Assembly (NCBI GenBank): GCA_002633005.1
Contig: NMRA01000484.1
Span: forward strand, 1-64,000
Length of the DNA stretch: 64,000 nt
Source of the DNA: Phoronis australis
Taxonomy: Eukaryota; Animalia; Phoronida
Reading direction: 5' to 3'
Shown: one piece after another, positions 51,275-64,000 of the stretch
Layout: each line of letters opens with the position of its first letter
How positions within the stretch are numbered: the stretch's first letter is position 1
Notes under the pieces: generated by a model
What the model was told of the DNA's origin: nothing
What the model saw: the letters and a program-made list of their open reading frames with translations, nothing else
Databases searched by the model: none
Translations under genes and position numbers: made by a program

Positions 51275-52585
51275 GAGAGAAAGATTATTATTTTTTAAAT
51301 CATATAAAAACATATATTGTTATATGACTGGCTGGCCAGCAAAGTCAAGGCCGCTAATAGCTGACCACCGGGTAACAATAAATTAAATAGGTATTAACAA
51401 TTTTACTAAAAAAAGAACCATGTAAATAACAACAGAAATAAGTACATCTACAATGAAATAAAATACAATGGGAGTTTATTTAAAAACGTAAATTAAATGT
51501 ATTTTACAAAGAAAAAAACACGGAGACTATTGATACAAGGGAGACCGCACGGTTAGAAAAGCATGACTAATATGTACAGTATGCCAGGTGATCACGTTTA
51601 CTTCAATTAGAACATGCATAACAATGTAGAGCGTAACCCTGAGAGATGTAAGTGCTTAATGTTTATTTTTTAATACAAAGAGAAACCATGTAAACCGTGC
51701 GTGTCGATTTTGCCAGATACATATCTTGGAAGGAAACAATTGTTTATTAGATTCGGTATTTTGAACATTAATGATTTTTCACAACTTTTTCTGTTGTATG
51801 TGGGCACTTTTATAATGGGTTGTTGCTTGAATATTCTAGAAACATCTTTTGATGACTGGCATTGGAACAAATTGTTTTCATAAAAGTAAACATGAAATTG
51901 ATTATGTTTGGATTTGTAAAAGAATTTTAGACAAGCTTGGTAAAATATGTCGTCAAGAAGAAGTGTTCTGATATCCGTGCAAATTTGTTCTGTATCAGAA
52001 AATCGAAGAAATGGCCACATTTCTCAAAATGTTTTTCTACAGAAGCTTCAATCTCGTAAAACTATCAAACCCCCATAATGTTATATAAAAATATAGATGT
52101 GATAGTTAAAAGCATTGTATATCACCAGGGGTGTGTGCTTGGGTTAACAGTGTTTCAATATGGAGAGGACGACCAGCGTTTTGGCAATTTTGTTAGAAAT
52201 TTCCTGAACATTCTTGTTCCAGGAAAAATGTTTGTCTACAAAAATACTTAAAGAATCGAAATTTTCAACGCTCTTAATAATTTTTGATTTTTGATTTTGA
52301 TTATAGGGATGATTTTTGTGGAAATCGAAAAAGCATAATTTAGTTTTACTTGTGTTGAGCGACAATTTATTGGTATTTTGCCAAATGAATCAAAAACATC
52401 TTGTAGAGTAACATTTATTCTGATTTGATCGCTGGGGCTATGGTTTTTGTCAACATGGAAAGGAAGTAACGGGCAAGTGTCGTCTGCGTACATAATGACC
52501 TGTGCCTTTGCTGGAGAAAGTTGTGTCATTTATGTAGTTTAAAAATAGGAGATTTTCCTGGAACTGATCCTTGTGGTTCACCTGT
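51275..52585 (-). mobile_element. 5'-truncated, decayed CR1/L2-group LINE
   Basis: Minus-strand LLFLNYIND, MYADDT, SLNTSKTK, FSW...ISNKIAK; A-rich/TC-rich 3' tail near 51275-51300. Confidence 0.85.
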
Positions 52586-53338
52586 GGGGCTCGAGGGGGT
52601 TTTAGAACAAGCGGCATACCGTGGTTGACATTTTTGGGGTTTCTGGAGGGGGTCATTCGATGTTCAGGGCGATACTATTGTTCGTACCTCGAGTATGAAA
52701 CCTAACTCAAATTTTCAATGGCATACCCTGGTTGACATTTTTGGGGGTTTCTGGCGGGCACAACCCAGAGTGTATTTTGTCTATCATGGGGCATTTCAGT
52801 GATCAGTGACATGTATTGAATCATATTTAATTGGTTTTTGTGGTACCTCGAATGTATGAGCTAGCACAATTTTTGGGGTTGGGGTTCCTTTTGGTTTCTT
52901 CCGGACTTATTCCGGAGTGCCTCAGTGGCAACGAATCCTTACCTCATGTCCTGATTAAGAATCTGAAAAAAAATTAAGCATTCCCTACTCGAAAGCACTA
53001 CTCATCATAACTGAAACTGAATCAGTATGCTACGGATTTTTAATCGGTTTATTCACATTGGAAAAATGCCGACATACAACTATAGGACCAAGAAACACCA
53101 ACTTTGACAGTTTCTCCCCAAAATTACCACCACCTGCAAGTTCTAGAAAAAATCTGACTACAGATTCAGAATGATCGTTCCCTATAAATACTACAAAATT
53201 AATGTGGTCATAGTATCGCCCCTTATCAGCTACTTTTTTGAATTTTGATCTGTTTAACTGCCACCTGAAACCACACCCAGTTTTTCAGACGGCAAAAAAT
53301 CCAAGAGGAAAAACTTTTGTCAACCAGTGCATGGTTTA

Positions 53339-56300
53339 CCCTTTGAGGGCCCAGGCCAAGACATAGTTGTTAGGGAGTTCCTTAGTTGCTTAATACGTTG
53401 TGCACTTAATCACTCATACCATGTATTTTAGAAAAAAACGAGAAAATTTGTAAAGTGCCGGTTTGGTCGAGAGTTTTCACTGGAATTTTAAATAAAAAAA
53501 ATATAATTTTGCGAATGTAAGCTATGTATTTTTCTACAGCCCCCTCTCTCAGCAAGGGATAATGGATACACCTGTTGCTCCCGAAATTTTGTATCACTTT
53601 AGGAAAATTGATGGTCTGACAAATAGCATAAATTGCTGTGCATAGATCTTGTTATATTTAGGGGCCCAGTCCTTGAAGGGGGAACATTCATCGCAGGACA
53701 GTCAATTGGCCACCATTTTCGTGCTTCTATCTATAAAAATTAAAGTTAGCTCACGGGGAGAGGACCCGATGTGGGAATCATATGCGTCTGTTTTCCTGTT
53801 TTTGTGAAATCTTACTACCTTTCATGTTCAGGAAGATCACTTCTTTCAGAGTCACACGACGATGGAAATAAGTGTCACTCTTTCCCATGCTCAATGATAT
53901 TTAGCTTTTTATCTCAAATGGTCCCCGTTCAGACAAGACCATCTCTCTGTGGGGCGGTTCGGGAAATTGTCCCTTTGTCCTTCTATACACGGAAATTTAA
54001 CACTGCCAAGTATTCACGAGAACAACTTTACATTTCGTATTCATCAAAAAAGAACAACACAAAGCATTCCTGCACAGCCGCATCAATACATTCGGCCCAA
54101 ACAATATTGTATTGAAAAATAAATGGAGGGGCTGAAAGCTTGCCGAGCTAATGTTTATTGTGATACAGTAGTGATATTTTCCATGGTTTTATAACGATAG
54201 CATGATGTCATTCATAGGAATAATTCTTTTAGAGATAGTTACTAGGAGTTGTCTTTAAGGAACTCTCCTATGTCGAACATACATGTACAGGTACTGTGCC
54301 GGCGGTAGGATTTCTTGATGAATGTGTTCAGAGTACACTTGTCTGACGTAGGCCTACATGTAGTGGCGATTGTATACAAAGATTTCAGTGATTTCAGATG
54401 TTCAAGTTTAACACATAAACCGCAACGGCTACCTCTGGGATGAACCAAAGTACACGTGAACACGAACTTCTTGCGAATACTGAAAACCCCGTGCCCATCG
54501 ACGGTTGTCAACCTTATCTTTGGGAATTGGTTATTCTGTATGGATAAGAACGAATTTGTTGGTTTCTGGTTTACATGTTCATGTATGTACGAAAAACAAC
54601 TGATTGATAAACGATTTCTTTCAATTAGAAGATAATCCTGTAAGAAATGATGATGCAGGATGACAGAGGGGGGAATTCGATATATCATCCAATTCCCAAA
54701 TGGCGTGGTACACTAAACGATTTTTGCCCTGTCTGAAATAAGTCTCCAAACTTATAAAAGTCGGACAGCTCTTCAAAGTGTTCCAAAATGTTCTTAAAAC
54801 TCAAAATGACAATAAGTGAATTGCTTATTGACTTACATGTTGGAACAAGACTAGTGGTTTAATTTCACAAACTAAATAGAAAGGGAATTTTAAGGCCTTA
54901 AATAAATCAAATTAAACGTATTGCTCATTAACTTGGAAATATTGTCCTTGCAATTGCTGTGCATATAGAGCATGTGATGACTGGGGCACCCACGTTCAAA
55001 ATAAGGTGTAACCGGCAGGAGGCCCAGTGAAAAACTGAATTTGAATCCCCGGCGTTGAAGCATGTGGATTTTTGGCACACTCTATGTGTCATTTTCCCCA
55101 CTCATCAGAAACTGTTCACACCCGTGTTCCAACAAGGGATTTTGAAACAACCCGAACTCGGGACCTCGCCTTCTCAAAAAATACTTGTAAAGAATGACCC
55201 AAATAAAATGAACTTTTCAGACTGAGATTCTGCGCTGGCCAACTGCATGGTAACATCTTATTTTCAACGTGAGTATTGTACGTCAGTCATGACGTACACG
55301 TGAATGAGAACAAGCAATCAATTCAGTTTTTAAGAACAAAAATTCATTGCTCAATACTACAGGAAACTAAAAAAAAAAAACAAGAAAGGGCAAAGACAAC
55401 CTTTCCAAGCAATGAGTTTAATTTTATTTATTTAAGAATTTTTAAAACGGTTTTCTATCCACGGTTTGGGAGTCGGAATTTCATCAATATCTTTGAAAGG
55501 TCTTTTAGATATGCAAAAGTCGTCTGTAAGTGTACTTTACGATTTGGGGATCGGACTTTGGAGTTTTTCCAACTTAAGGCGGCAGTTATATTCACTGAAA
55601 CATCATCAATTCTTACAAGCCATAGATTAGCTTCTAATTAGCAAAAATCATCTATGAATCTATCGATTTTCGTAGATACATAAACAAGTAAATCAGAAAC
55701 AAACGAATTTTTTTATCAAAACGGAATGTTATAATAAGCAATTTCCTCATGCATGCTTGCAGACTGGGGGAATATGAAAGATGGGGCATTCGTATTAAGC
55801 TGTATTTTTTGCTCATTTCCGAGGTATCTATAACGGTTCACGAGGTAAACTTGAGCTCTGCTGTCAAAAAAACGTTGAAATCTTTTTTTTTGTGATTGCG
55901 AGAGTTGTTTGACATGTACACGGTCATCAAAAAAACAGTTGTAGTAGCCTAGACAGCAGTGTTTTATGCATGTGGGTATTCCTTACAAACAACTCATAGT
56001 AACCATCTTCCGAAGAGATACTATTCCTGTAATACTACGGGAAACGGAAACATTATTTTATAACTAACCATTAGGAATAGTTCTTTTGTGTAAATCGCAA
56101 GGCCTTCACGTTCTTCAAAATTCCACCCTTTCGATGGCGGCAATGCTACTGTATTATTTCACATTTTTGGTTGTTTTGGTCGAATGGTTGGGCTGTGCAA
56201 GAATGTTTTTTGGTGCATTTGGAGTTTCGACTTCCATCGTGAATACTTGGCAGTGTCAGATTTACGTGTATAGAGGGACAAAGGGACATTTCCCCCGAAC

Positions 56301-56962
56301 TGCTCCACCGAGAGAGGGTCCCGTCTGAAATGGGACACATTAAGATGAAAGGCTAAACATCATTAAGCTTGGAAAAATAGTGACAGTGCATTTCACTGTC
56401 GTATGGTCCCAAAACTATGCAGGGAGTGGCTGCCTTCAACATGAAAGCCGGTTGCACGATTTCACAAAAAGAAAAAACTGGAAAATAGAGGTAATATATT
56501 CTCACATTGGGCCTTCTCTCCGTGAGCGGTACCTTCAGAATTCACCTATAAAAACAAAAATGGTGGCCACTTGATTGTCATCAAGTGCCTCCTTCAAGGG
56601 CGGGCCTCTAAATATGAAACTATGAAAACTATCATGAAATGCACAGCAATTGAAGTTATCTGTCAGGTCATTAATTTCTCTTAAGTAAAATACAGTTTCA
56701 ATAAAAAATAAAACGAAATTTGTCTCTGTTATCTCTTGCCAGAGAGTGGTATATGGAAAATGTTGTTTAGTATTCGCAAATTTGACTTATTTAATTTAAA
56801 AATCTAGTAAAGTAGTACACTCCCTAAAAGCTTCGCTTTACAAATTTTCTCGATTTTTCAAAATACGATGGAATATACGCACGTTTTTACGTGCGTTTAG
56901 ATGAGATGTGCTGCAAAAGTGAAGGCCCTAACGACAATGTCCTGGCCAGGGTCTTCAAAAGG
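53339..56962. mobile_element. Non-autonomous DNA element with ~750-bp diverged TIRs, piggyBac-like ends
   Basis: 53339-54100 is reverse-complementary to ~56150-56962; ends TTTA|CCCTTTGA and TCAAAAGG|TAA resemble decayed TTAA|CCC termini. Confidence 0.65.
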
Positions 56963-57229
56963 TAATTACCTGAAGCAGAGTTGTCTTAACAACATTTAAA
57001 AAATGTCCTCTTAGAAGTTTCTTATCCGTATTTCGCGGTCTTTCTTTTCTCGACTGTCCCCGGCCCCACACCTACATGTATATCGGTTGCCACGGTTTAA
57101 CCCTAACGCATGATTTGGGGGGATGTCGTATCCCCCGCCCCCCTGCCGCTTCTTACGGCCCTATTCCAGAATGTAAGATACAAGCATTTGCTTTTTGATA
57201 GCAGCTATATTGAAATTAAACATGATTAT

Positions 57230-57540
57230 CAGCCTGATTAATAATAGTTTCCTGATCGTTAACTCCAACGTCCACAGTTTTGGTCTGATGCCCTTCTCTA
57301 ATAAACTCACTTTTTCTACGAGCAGCAAGGTATGTAAATTGTCGTCATATTGACTTACATGTATCTACTCAATATCAATCGATCTCGCCACCCTTACAAT
57401 GTATATTTCACCTTTGTTGTGACTTTTGGTGTAATGCCTTCAGTGTGATTTAATGTTTATTGTTATGCTGCCCTGTCTGTATGAATTTATATGCGTTTTA
57501 ATTCTATCTGAAATTTCAGATGTAAACAAAATATTAAATA
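57230..57540 (+). repeat. Dispersed repeat shared with 61720-62030, probably a CR1/L2 3' fragment
   Basis: GTCCACAGTTTTGG.CTGA.GCC.TTCTCTAA.AAACTCAC present in both. Confidence 0.55.
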
Positions 57541-57877
57541 GGTTTTGCTTTAGTCCTGGATAGAGAAAATTATCCTACACATGATTGAACAATGCATTTA
57601 AATGATTTATTTCAGCATCTCCACTCCTTATATTTGCATGTAGCTGCCAATTAGCTATCAATGTAACTTAAAAGAAGAACTGTACCTTGTTTTTTGTTTC
57701 ATTACTTTTTGAAGTGAGAAATGATTGCATTAAGTGTTATTGTCAATATATTGTGGAGAAACTACTTTTCATGGAGAGGGCAATGAAAATGACAATTACT
57801 CGATAAATAGGTGACAGCGGTTATCTTCACAATAGATGGAAAAATTCTGCAAAATATGAGACATAAGAGCCCATTTG

Positions 57878-58289
57878 CATGTAACAGTCCCAAATAGGGA
57901 TTCAACCAAGTTCCTTAAATCTACTGCGTATTCGTGGACTAGTGAAAAAACTTGTTATCCTTTGTCATTTTGTATTAGTTTCATAGCTAAGTATTTTTTT
58001 GGATTTGATACAAATCGAGAGTGCACTCCAGTTTAAATTCTCAACATTTTTTAAAATAAGTAGGGACCTATTCATTCAACGCCCTTATTTAAGGACTAAG
58101 ACTCTATCTATTTTTATTGAACTAAGGGTGCAGCTTTCAATTATATTATTAGAATATGTTATTAGTTAAAGAGGCCATCATTATAAAAATATAACAGTGA
58201 GAAAATATTACGTCTGTGAGTAAAGAACGATACAAATACGGAGAAGATTTAAGGAACTTAGATGAGACCCTTTTTGGGACTGTTTCATG
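57878..58289. mobile_element. MITE, TIR CATGTAACAGTCCCAAA / TTTGGGACTGTTTCATG
   Basis: Inverted ends; second copy at 30698-31191. Confidence 0.7.
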
Positions 58290-58329
58290 CATCTTGCAAC
58301 TTTTGCGAAAAGTGCGTACTTTTACGTAA

Positions 58330-58870
58330 TATTAAAAAACGTACAATCGCCGCACAAATAAAAAGTTCAAGTTCAGTCAACGTTCCGTCTATTCATTAGC
58401 CATCATCAGGATAATAAATACTTACAAAGGACAGCTCAGGTAACATCCATAAAGTGAAGTAAGAGCTACAAGGAACTGTAAGAAGCTGGTCTTCACCATA
58501 GTTGCAGGGTCACTGAGCTCTGCATGTTATTCAGAGAATCAGTAGCATGCTGGTTCTGAATGGCCAATGAGGCTTTAATGTACAGTAATTCCTCTCTACA
58601 GATAATAATATCTGAATTGGCTTGGTGATTGTTGCTAACACAATACATATATATGTTGCTTTTCTCTGAGGTGTGATGCTCTTTCAGCCTGTCACAAAGG
58701 CGTCTCTGTAAGTTTGATTTCCAAAAAAGAACTGCAAAATGTCGCCAAAATATATGCATCGACAGTAGTAACTTGTCTCATGATTTTATAATTTTTATAA
58801 CTCGTCTACACGAGTGATGTATCACGTGGAAACAGTTCTTTTCTCAAAAACTCATTTTCTTGTGACAAGA
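58330..58870 (-). mobile_element. Penelope-like relic, family B
   Basis: ORF 58493-58759: QRRLCDRLKEH..SNIY..NNH..LYIKASLAIQ..SLNNMQSSVTLQL resembles the Penelope GIY-YIG C-terminus; hammerhead-like motif at 58376-58412. Confidence 0.72.
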
Positions 58871-60009
58871 TTTAATTCCTCACGAATTTCAGGTGCATCA
58901 TGTGGTAGTTTAGTGAAGGCTGATAGAATCAGAGTGCGGTGAATGAAAAAGCGTCGTTTTGAAATTGTCAAGGAATCCGACCTTGGCCGTTAAGAATGAC
59001 TTCTGAATTAGTCCACGTTCCAATATACACTTCTCCTCAGATTGTTCATTACGAAGATGAGAAATGATTCCTTTGTTATGGAAAAACTAACAATTTGGTA
59101 TTGATGATAGCGTGCTCGGCGCATAACATGGCATGGCGTGATTAACCTGACCTCAAGCAATAACTAAATGCCACTTCTTTCCAAACACTGGAATTGTGTT
59201 CGATCTGAGAATGGAACACGTTAGCGTATCAGATTATAGCGACAAGTTGTTTAAGTCCGACTTGAGTTTTTGACTGAAGGCGGTTATATCGCCACTTCAC
59301 TGAAACAGCAGTTCATGAAAACGCCGTGGTTGTTTCTTTGGGAAAATGGTTATTAGCAGGGTATGACAACAAAGAATGGATCATTGTTGAAACATGTTGC
59401 TCGTAATTTGGCATTTTTTAATCTTTCGTTTTGAAGAAATAGTTTCAGAACGAGAATGTTTCGATAAAGCACTGGTTTCAAATTGTCAATAGTAAAATAG
59501 TCCCAATTATTTTGAATGGCAAACTGACTCAAATACTGAGACCAAGTATAACAAATTTTTCAAATTTCTGTAATGCCTCGGACGAAGTAGATCAATTATC
59601 GAACAAAAGAGAGCCGGCCCAGCAAACATAAATGCCAGAATGAAGTTAATCAGAAATTGGCTTCAGGGGTGATCTTCCCAACTTTTGGTTGGACTATACA
59701 ATCGAGCAAGTTGGAAGCAACGGGAAAACGCCGTAATGCTTCTCGGAAATTCGGGCAACATCTCCGGTCAAATTCAGGGTTCCCGAATGTCCACTATTTA
59801 AAAACAAATGTAACAAACGATGAATGTTTTAAAAAAATGTAAAGCAAAGGGCGTTGACTAATTTACTTCATTGTTCATTTATTTTCTAACGGGTTAATGC
59901 ACTGCAAAGACGAGCTAACGCGACCACAGAACCCGAACGATCGCTTCACCTAAGTCATATGATGGAAATGCCTGCCAAATGACAATCTATGAGAATTTAA
60001 AAAAAATGA

Positions 60010-61695
60010 GCAGATCACATGGATATTCGATAAAAGGAGTCAGGCGCCACATATACACTATCCCTGTTTAGGCCATTGGATTTCACAGGGAACAAGGTCC
60101 TCAACACCATGGTTTGATTGAAATTATCAAGGACCAGGTGTAGTAATTGTTTTGCGTGTCCGCATTCCTTGGAATGTGGAGAGACACTCCAGTGTTGCCT
60201 ATATACCATTCTGGGGAGCATTTAACCAACTTTTCAATCAACCACCAGAACATTGGACGCCAAAATAGTTGACAAACGTGATAAGGTGCCGCTTGGATCT
60301 GTTAACTCAGCACCGTCTCCGGGAATTTGCTTAGAAATTCTATGACGGGGGAGGTACCCCGCATGGAAATGTCCCAAAGGTGTAATTGCTATCGTTGACA
60401 TACAGCATGTAACTAATTGTGATCGATCGCCTTGGTGACAATGGGGGACTCTCTGAGAAGGGATGGTTTGAGAATATAACTGAGTTCAAAATGGGGTCAC
60501 GAGTGAACACAAGATAAAGCTTTTTCGCAAAAGTAGATAATTGAAACTAGCTGGGGATAGTACCTTAGCACTGAGGTAACTGTGTCACTCTTCTTAGTCG
60601 TATGTTCTATACTTGTATCTATCTTCGTAGTCACAACACGGAATTACAGCCGCAGTGTCGAACTTAGATTTGTTTTGGTGCTTTTTCCTGCACTTTTTCC
60701 CTAACGTGATATAGCGTGAAGAGATGTTTTCATATTCGATAAATGTTTCATTATGGGGCGCTGAGGATTTTCAGCCAATAACAACAGCCATACAAAAAAT
60801 TCCTTTATCTTCAGTACAATAGGTTAAAAGGCGCACTCATGACATTGATTTTTGATTGATATGATGTCTTGGTAAACACTAGGTTTACCTACTGGATCAG
60901 ACCGCGTGAAGGAGAGGTCAGGACATCCACAGTCACTTCAGGTATGTGGATTGACTTACACTGCATGTTCACGCAAATTAAAGAACGGGCATGCCCTATT
61001 GTAGCTTGTATCAGTCGATCATAGGTACCAGAACTGTATGACTGAATGTGAAAATTTCGGGACGAACCCCTTCGTTTTACATTGAAGTAATACCGAAAGT
61101 AAGTCGGCCATCTTGCCAGGACTTTTAGGAAAGCGGGCAGCCATCTCCAGAAAGCTCAGGATTCACGAATAAAACCAAACTCAACATATGTTGTAAAGAC
61201 GTGTGGCGTAGATATAACTGTGAAATATTGAAGTTTAGACACATTATGAGGTATATCATCCTAGCTCCACTGCCTTGTTTCCCTAGAGAAGCAATTAAAG
61301 AACCAGTGATTGCTAAACACAAGAATAGTCCTAATTTGGTGTCCCAGAAATCGAGATACACTGTACGAGAACCTACTTTTATACGAATAAAAGGTAACCA
61401 AAAGCACTGATCTGTAACTGGAATCAGCGGGTACAGAAAATGAGAGGTTTATCTAAACCACGATGTCTCTAGGTATCCAAGAAGCTTGGAGATATAAGCA
61501 TCGCCATTGCATTGTTATTCGTACGACTGTGTTTGGTGAGAGCTCTTCCGGTTCCACCTCGTTGTGTTGTCGGCTACGAATTAAACTCGTTAAACTTACA
61601 ACTCTTTGCCTATTTTATCCGGCGCATTTGCTATTGTAAAGGCAACCATATTACAATTTATCATGATTGTCGTCTGGAGGATTTTCTAACAAACT
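60010..61695 (-). mobile_element. Penelope-like relic, family A (no LINE insertion)
   Basis: Minus-strand WYIGNTGVSLH (YIG motif), FGTFPCG and RT-like TKLG..CLAI; empty site AACCTACTTTTAT near 61370. Confidence 0.72.
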
Positions 61696-62502
61696 ATGAC
61701 CGTCCATCTTGAATTACAATATGATTATAAGATTTAAGTTTGTAGTAAGTATCACGTTCGTTACCCAAAAGGTCCACAGTTTTGGCCTGAGGCCTTTCTC
61801 TAACAAACTCACATGCATGGCATGTAAATTGACGATAAAATTTCTCTATTCAATATACATCGATCTCTCCATTGTATATAACGTATATTTCACGTTGCGA
61901 CTTTTGTCTAATGCTGTCATTGTGTTTCAAAGTTCATTATTTCTCTGCACTGCTTGAGTGTTTAAATGCTCATTATTATGCTGCACTGTCTGTGTGTTGT
62001 TTTCTTGTTTCCTTCACTTTACAATGCTTAGGACATGCAGTAGTGTTGCACAAAGATGGATGGAATTATACAACTGTTGTTACATGTAAATCACGTTTAA
62101 GATCTCAACCTCGGCGCCTTGCAGGGATGCTCTCTACGTTTGTCGCCAGTATAATCTGTGCCTAAGTTGCACCACCTGCTTCGGGCACCTTCTCCCCGTT
62201 GATTAAGAATAATTACCGCGAGAACTTTAGGGGGCCACGGCCCCCTTATCCCTCCTCCACATGTAAATCTGCCACTACGTTTGAAACGTGATTGTCTGAT
62301 GCTATTTGTGCCGGTTTGCACAACTGCGCAGTGTTTTTAATACCAGTCAAATCCATCCAAGGAGTGTAATGTATTCTATGTACACTCTTTGACCCAGGAA
62401 AGCCGAAACCGGTGAGTCGGTAACCTGACTGAGACGAACCCGGTTTTGGATATTGTAAGAGGTGGGTCGAGGGGGTCGTGGGTAGAAGGGGTTGTGAGTC
62501 GA

Positions 62503-62566
62503 GGGAGGGAGAGAGAGAGAGAGCAACAGAGAGAGAGAGAGGGAGAGAGAGAGGGAGAGAGGGAGA
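62503..62566. repeat. (GA)n-rich microsatellite running into an assembly gap
   Basis: Read directly. Confidence 0.9.
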
Positions 62567-63252
62567 NNNNNNNNNNNNNNNNNNNNNNNNNNNNNNNNNN
62601 NNNNNNNNNNNNNNNNNNNNNNNNNNNNNNNNNNNNNNNNNNNNNNNNNNNNNNNNNNNNNNNNNNNNNNNNNNNNNNNNNNNNNNNNNNNNNNNNNNNN
62701 NNNNNNNNNNNNNNNNNNNNNNNNNNNNNNNNNNNNNNNNNNNNNNNNNNNNNNNNNNNNNNNNNNNNNNNNNNNNNNNNNNNNNNNNNNNNNNNNNNNN
62801 NNNNNNNNNNNNNNNNNNNNNNNNNNNNNNNNNNNNNNNNNNNNNNNNNNNNNNNNNNNNNNNNNNNNNNNNNNNNNNNNNNNNNNNNNNNNNNNNNNNN
62901 NNNNNNNNNNNNNNNNNNNNNNNNNNNNNNNNNNNNNNNNNNNNNNNNNNNNNNNNNNNNNNNNNNNNNNNNNNNNNNNNNNNNNNNNNNNNNNNNNNNN
63001 NNNNNNNNNNNNNNNNNNNNNNNNNNNNNNNNNNNNNNNNNNNNNNNNNNNNNNNNNNNNNNNNNNNNNNNNNNNNNNNNNNNNNNNNNNNNNNNNNNNN
63101 NNNNNNNNNNNNNNNNNNNNNNNNNNNNNNNNNNNNNNNNNNNNNNNNNNNNNNNNNNNNNNNNNNNNNNNNNNNNNNNNNNNNNNNNNNNNNNNNNNNN
63201 NNNNNNNNNNNNNNNNNNNNNNNNNNNNNNNNNNNNNNNNNNNNNNNNNNNN
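62567..63252. other. Assembly gap (other gaps at 33126-33189, 37590-37709, 50255-50309; single N at 13579)
   Basis: N runs. Confidence 0.99.
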
Positions 63253-64000
63253 GGGGAGAGGAAATTTTGAAATAACTTTAATTGCAGTAAGCCATCTAAG
63301 TCAAAATCTATTCTAACAAACTAGGCCATAGTCCCAGCTCTCCTATTTGAAAATAGCCTTAATAACATGTTAGTCACCTTGTGTCAGTGCCAGGAAAATA
63401 TTGTGTCCGTACCTTTCCTACTCCCAAGTCGGCTGCTTTTTGAAAGCATTCGAGGATAGCCAGCGTATGTTACATGTATCTTATTCGCTTGGCTAACTTG
63501 TTCACAGCTACTGTCTACATTCTTGGATGGGTGTGCAAGAAATTGGCAAGGGTCAATACTCCTGCATGTAAACCAGCAGGCAGCAGTTAGGAATCGAGGA
63601 TTTGGAAAGCCAAGTCAAGCGGCAAGAATAAAACTTGTCAAAGTGTCATCATAATGAGACAATTCTTGGCATGTTACTGAATCATTTTGTGCACCGCAAA
63701 CAACAGTTTTTAGCGAGCTAGGACAATGCTGAAAGCATGAACTATTGAATTAGTGTGAGACTTCACAACAGATCGACTGACAAGATGTCTGTCCCTTCTT
63801 GCATTCATGTCTCAGATTTTGCTCAAAATTCTGAGCTCCTGGAATTTTCAGATATCACGTGTATGTGGTCTTAAGCTATTGCAAAAATGAATCTTCACTG
63901 AGTGCAAGAAAATTATCATTGCTGAGTTGTTAAGTTTTTGTGAAAAAACAGAGCTCTTCTATCACAAGCAGTGTTACAAACATTTTGCGCACGTAACAAA

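Noticed and set aside
62446-63275. Two long ORFs (274 and 265 aa)
   Set aside because: Artefacts of a GA microsatellite and an N gap

Overview
Eukaryotic (invertebrate metazoan-like, AT-rich, draft assembly with N gaps) genomic DNA; most entries in the ORF track are exon fragments or spurious. Bases 1-25.7 kb hold the 5' part of a minus-strand spliced gene that I recognise as a CEP350/CAP350 centrosomal protein homolog. I traced 21 GT-AG coding exons (about 1,270 codons, ATG at 24277), and the gene continues off the left edge. One splice junction is out of phase next to a single-N scaffold break. A likely non-coding first exon and promoter with YY1-like and CTCF-like motifs lies at about 25.6-25.7 kb. 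Bases 26-64 kb contain no convincing host gene and are a nested set of decayed transposons: two P-superfamily-like elements (one with intron-split THAP relics and a 7-bp TSD), a 5'-truncated RTE-X-like LINE with a 13-bp TSD, Penelope-like relics of two families (two copies with hammerhead-like motifs), CR1/L2-like fragments, a Helentron-associated (HINE-like) element, a long-TIR piggyBac-like element and many MITEs/foldbacks. A composite block at about 41.5-51.3 kb is duplicated at about 58.3-62.5 kb. I found no clear new multi-gene system; the most unusual items are listed as findings. All family assignments are from remembered motifs, not database searches.
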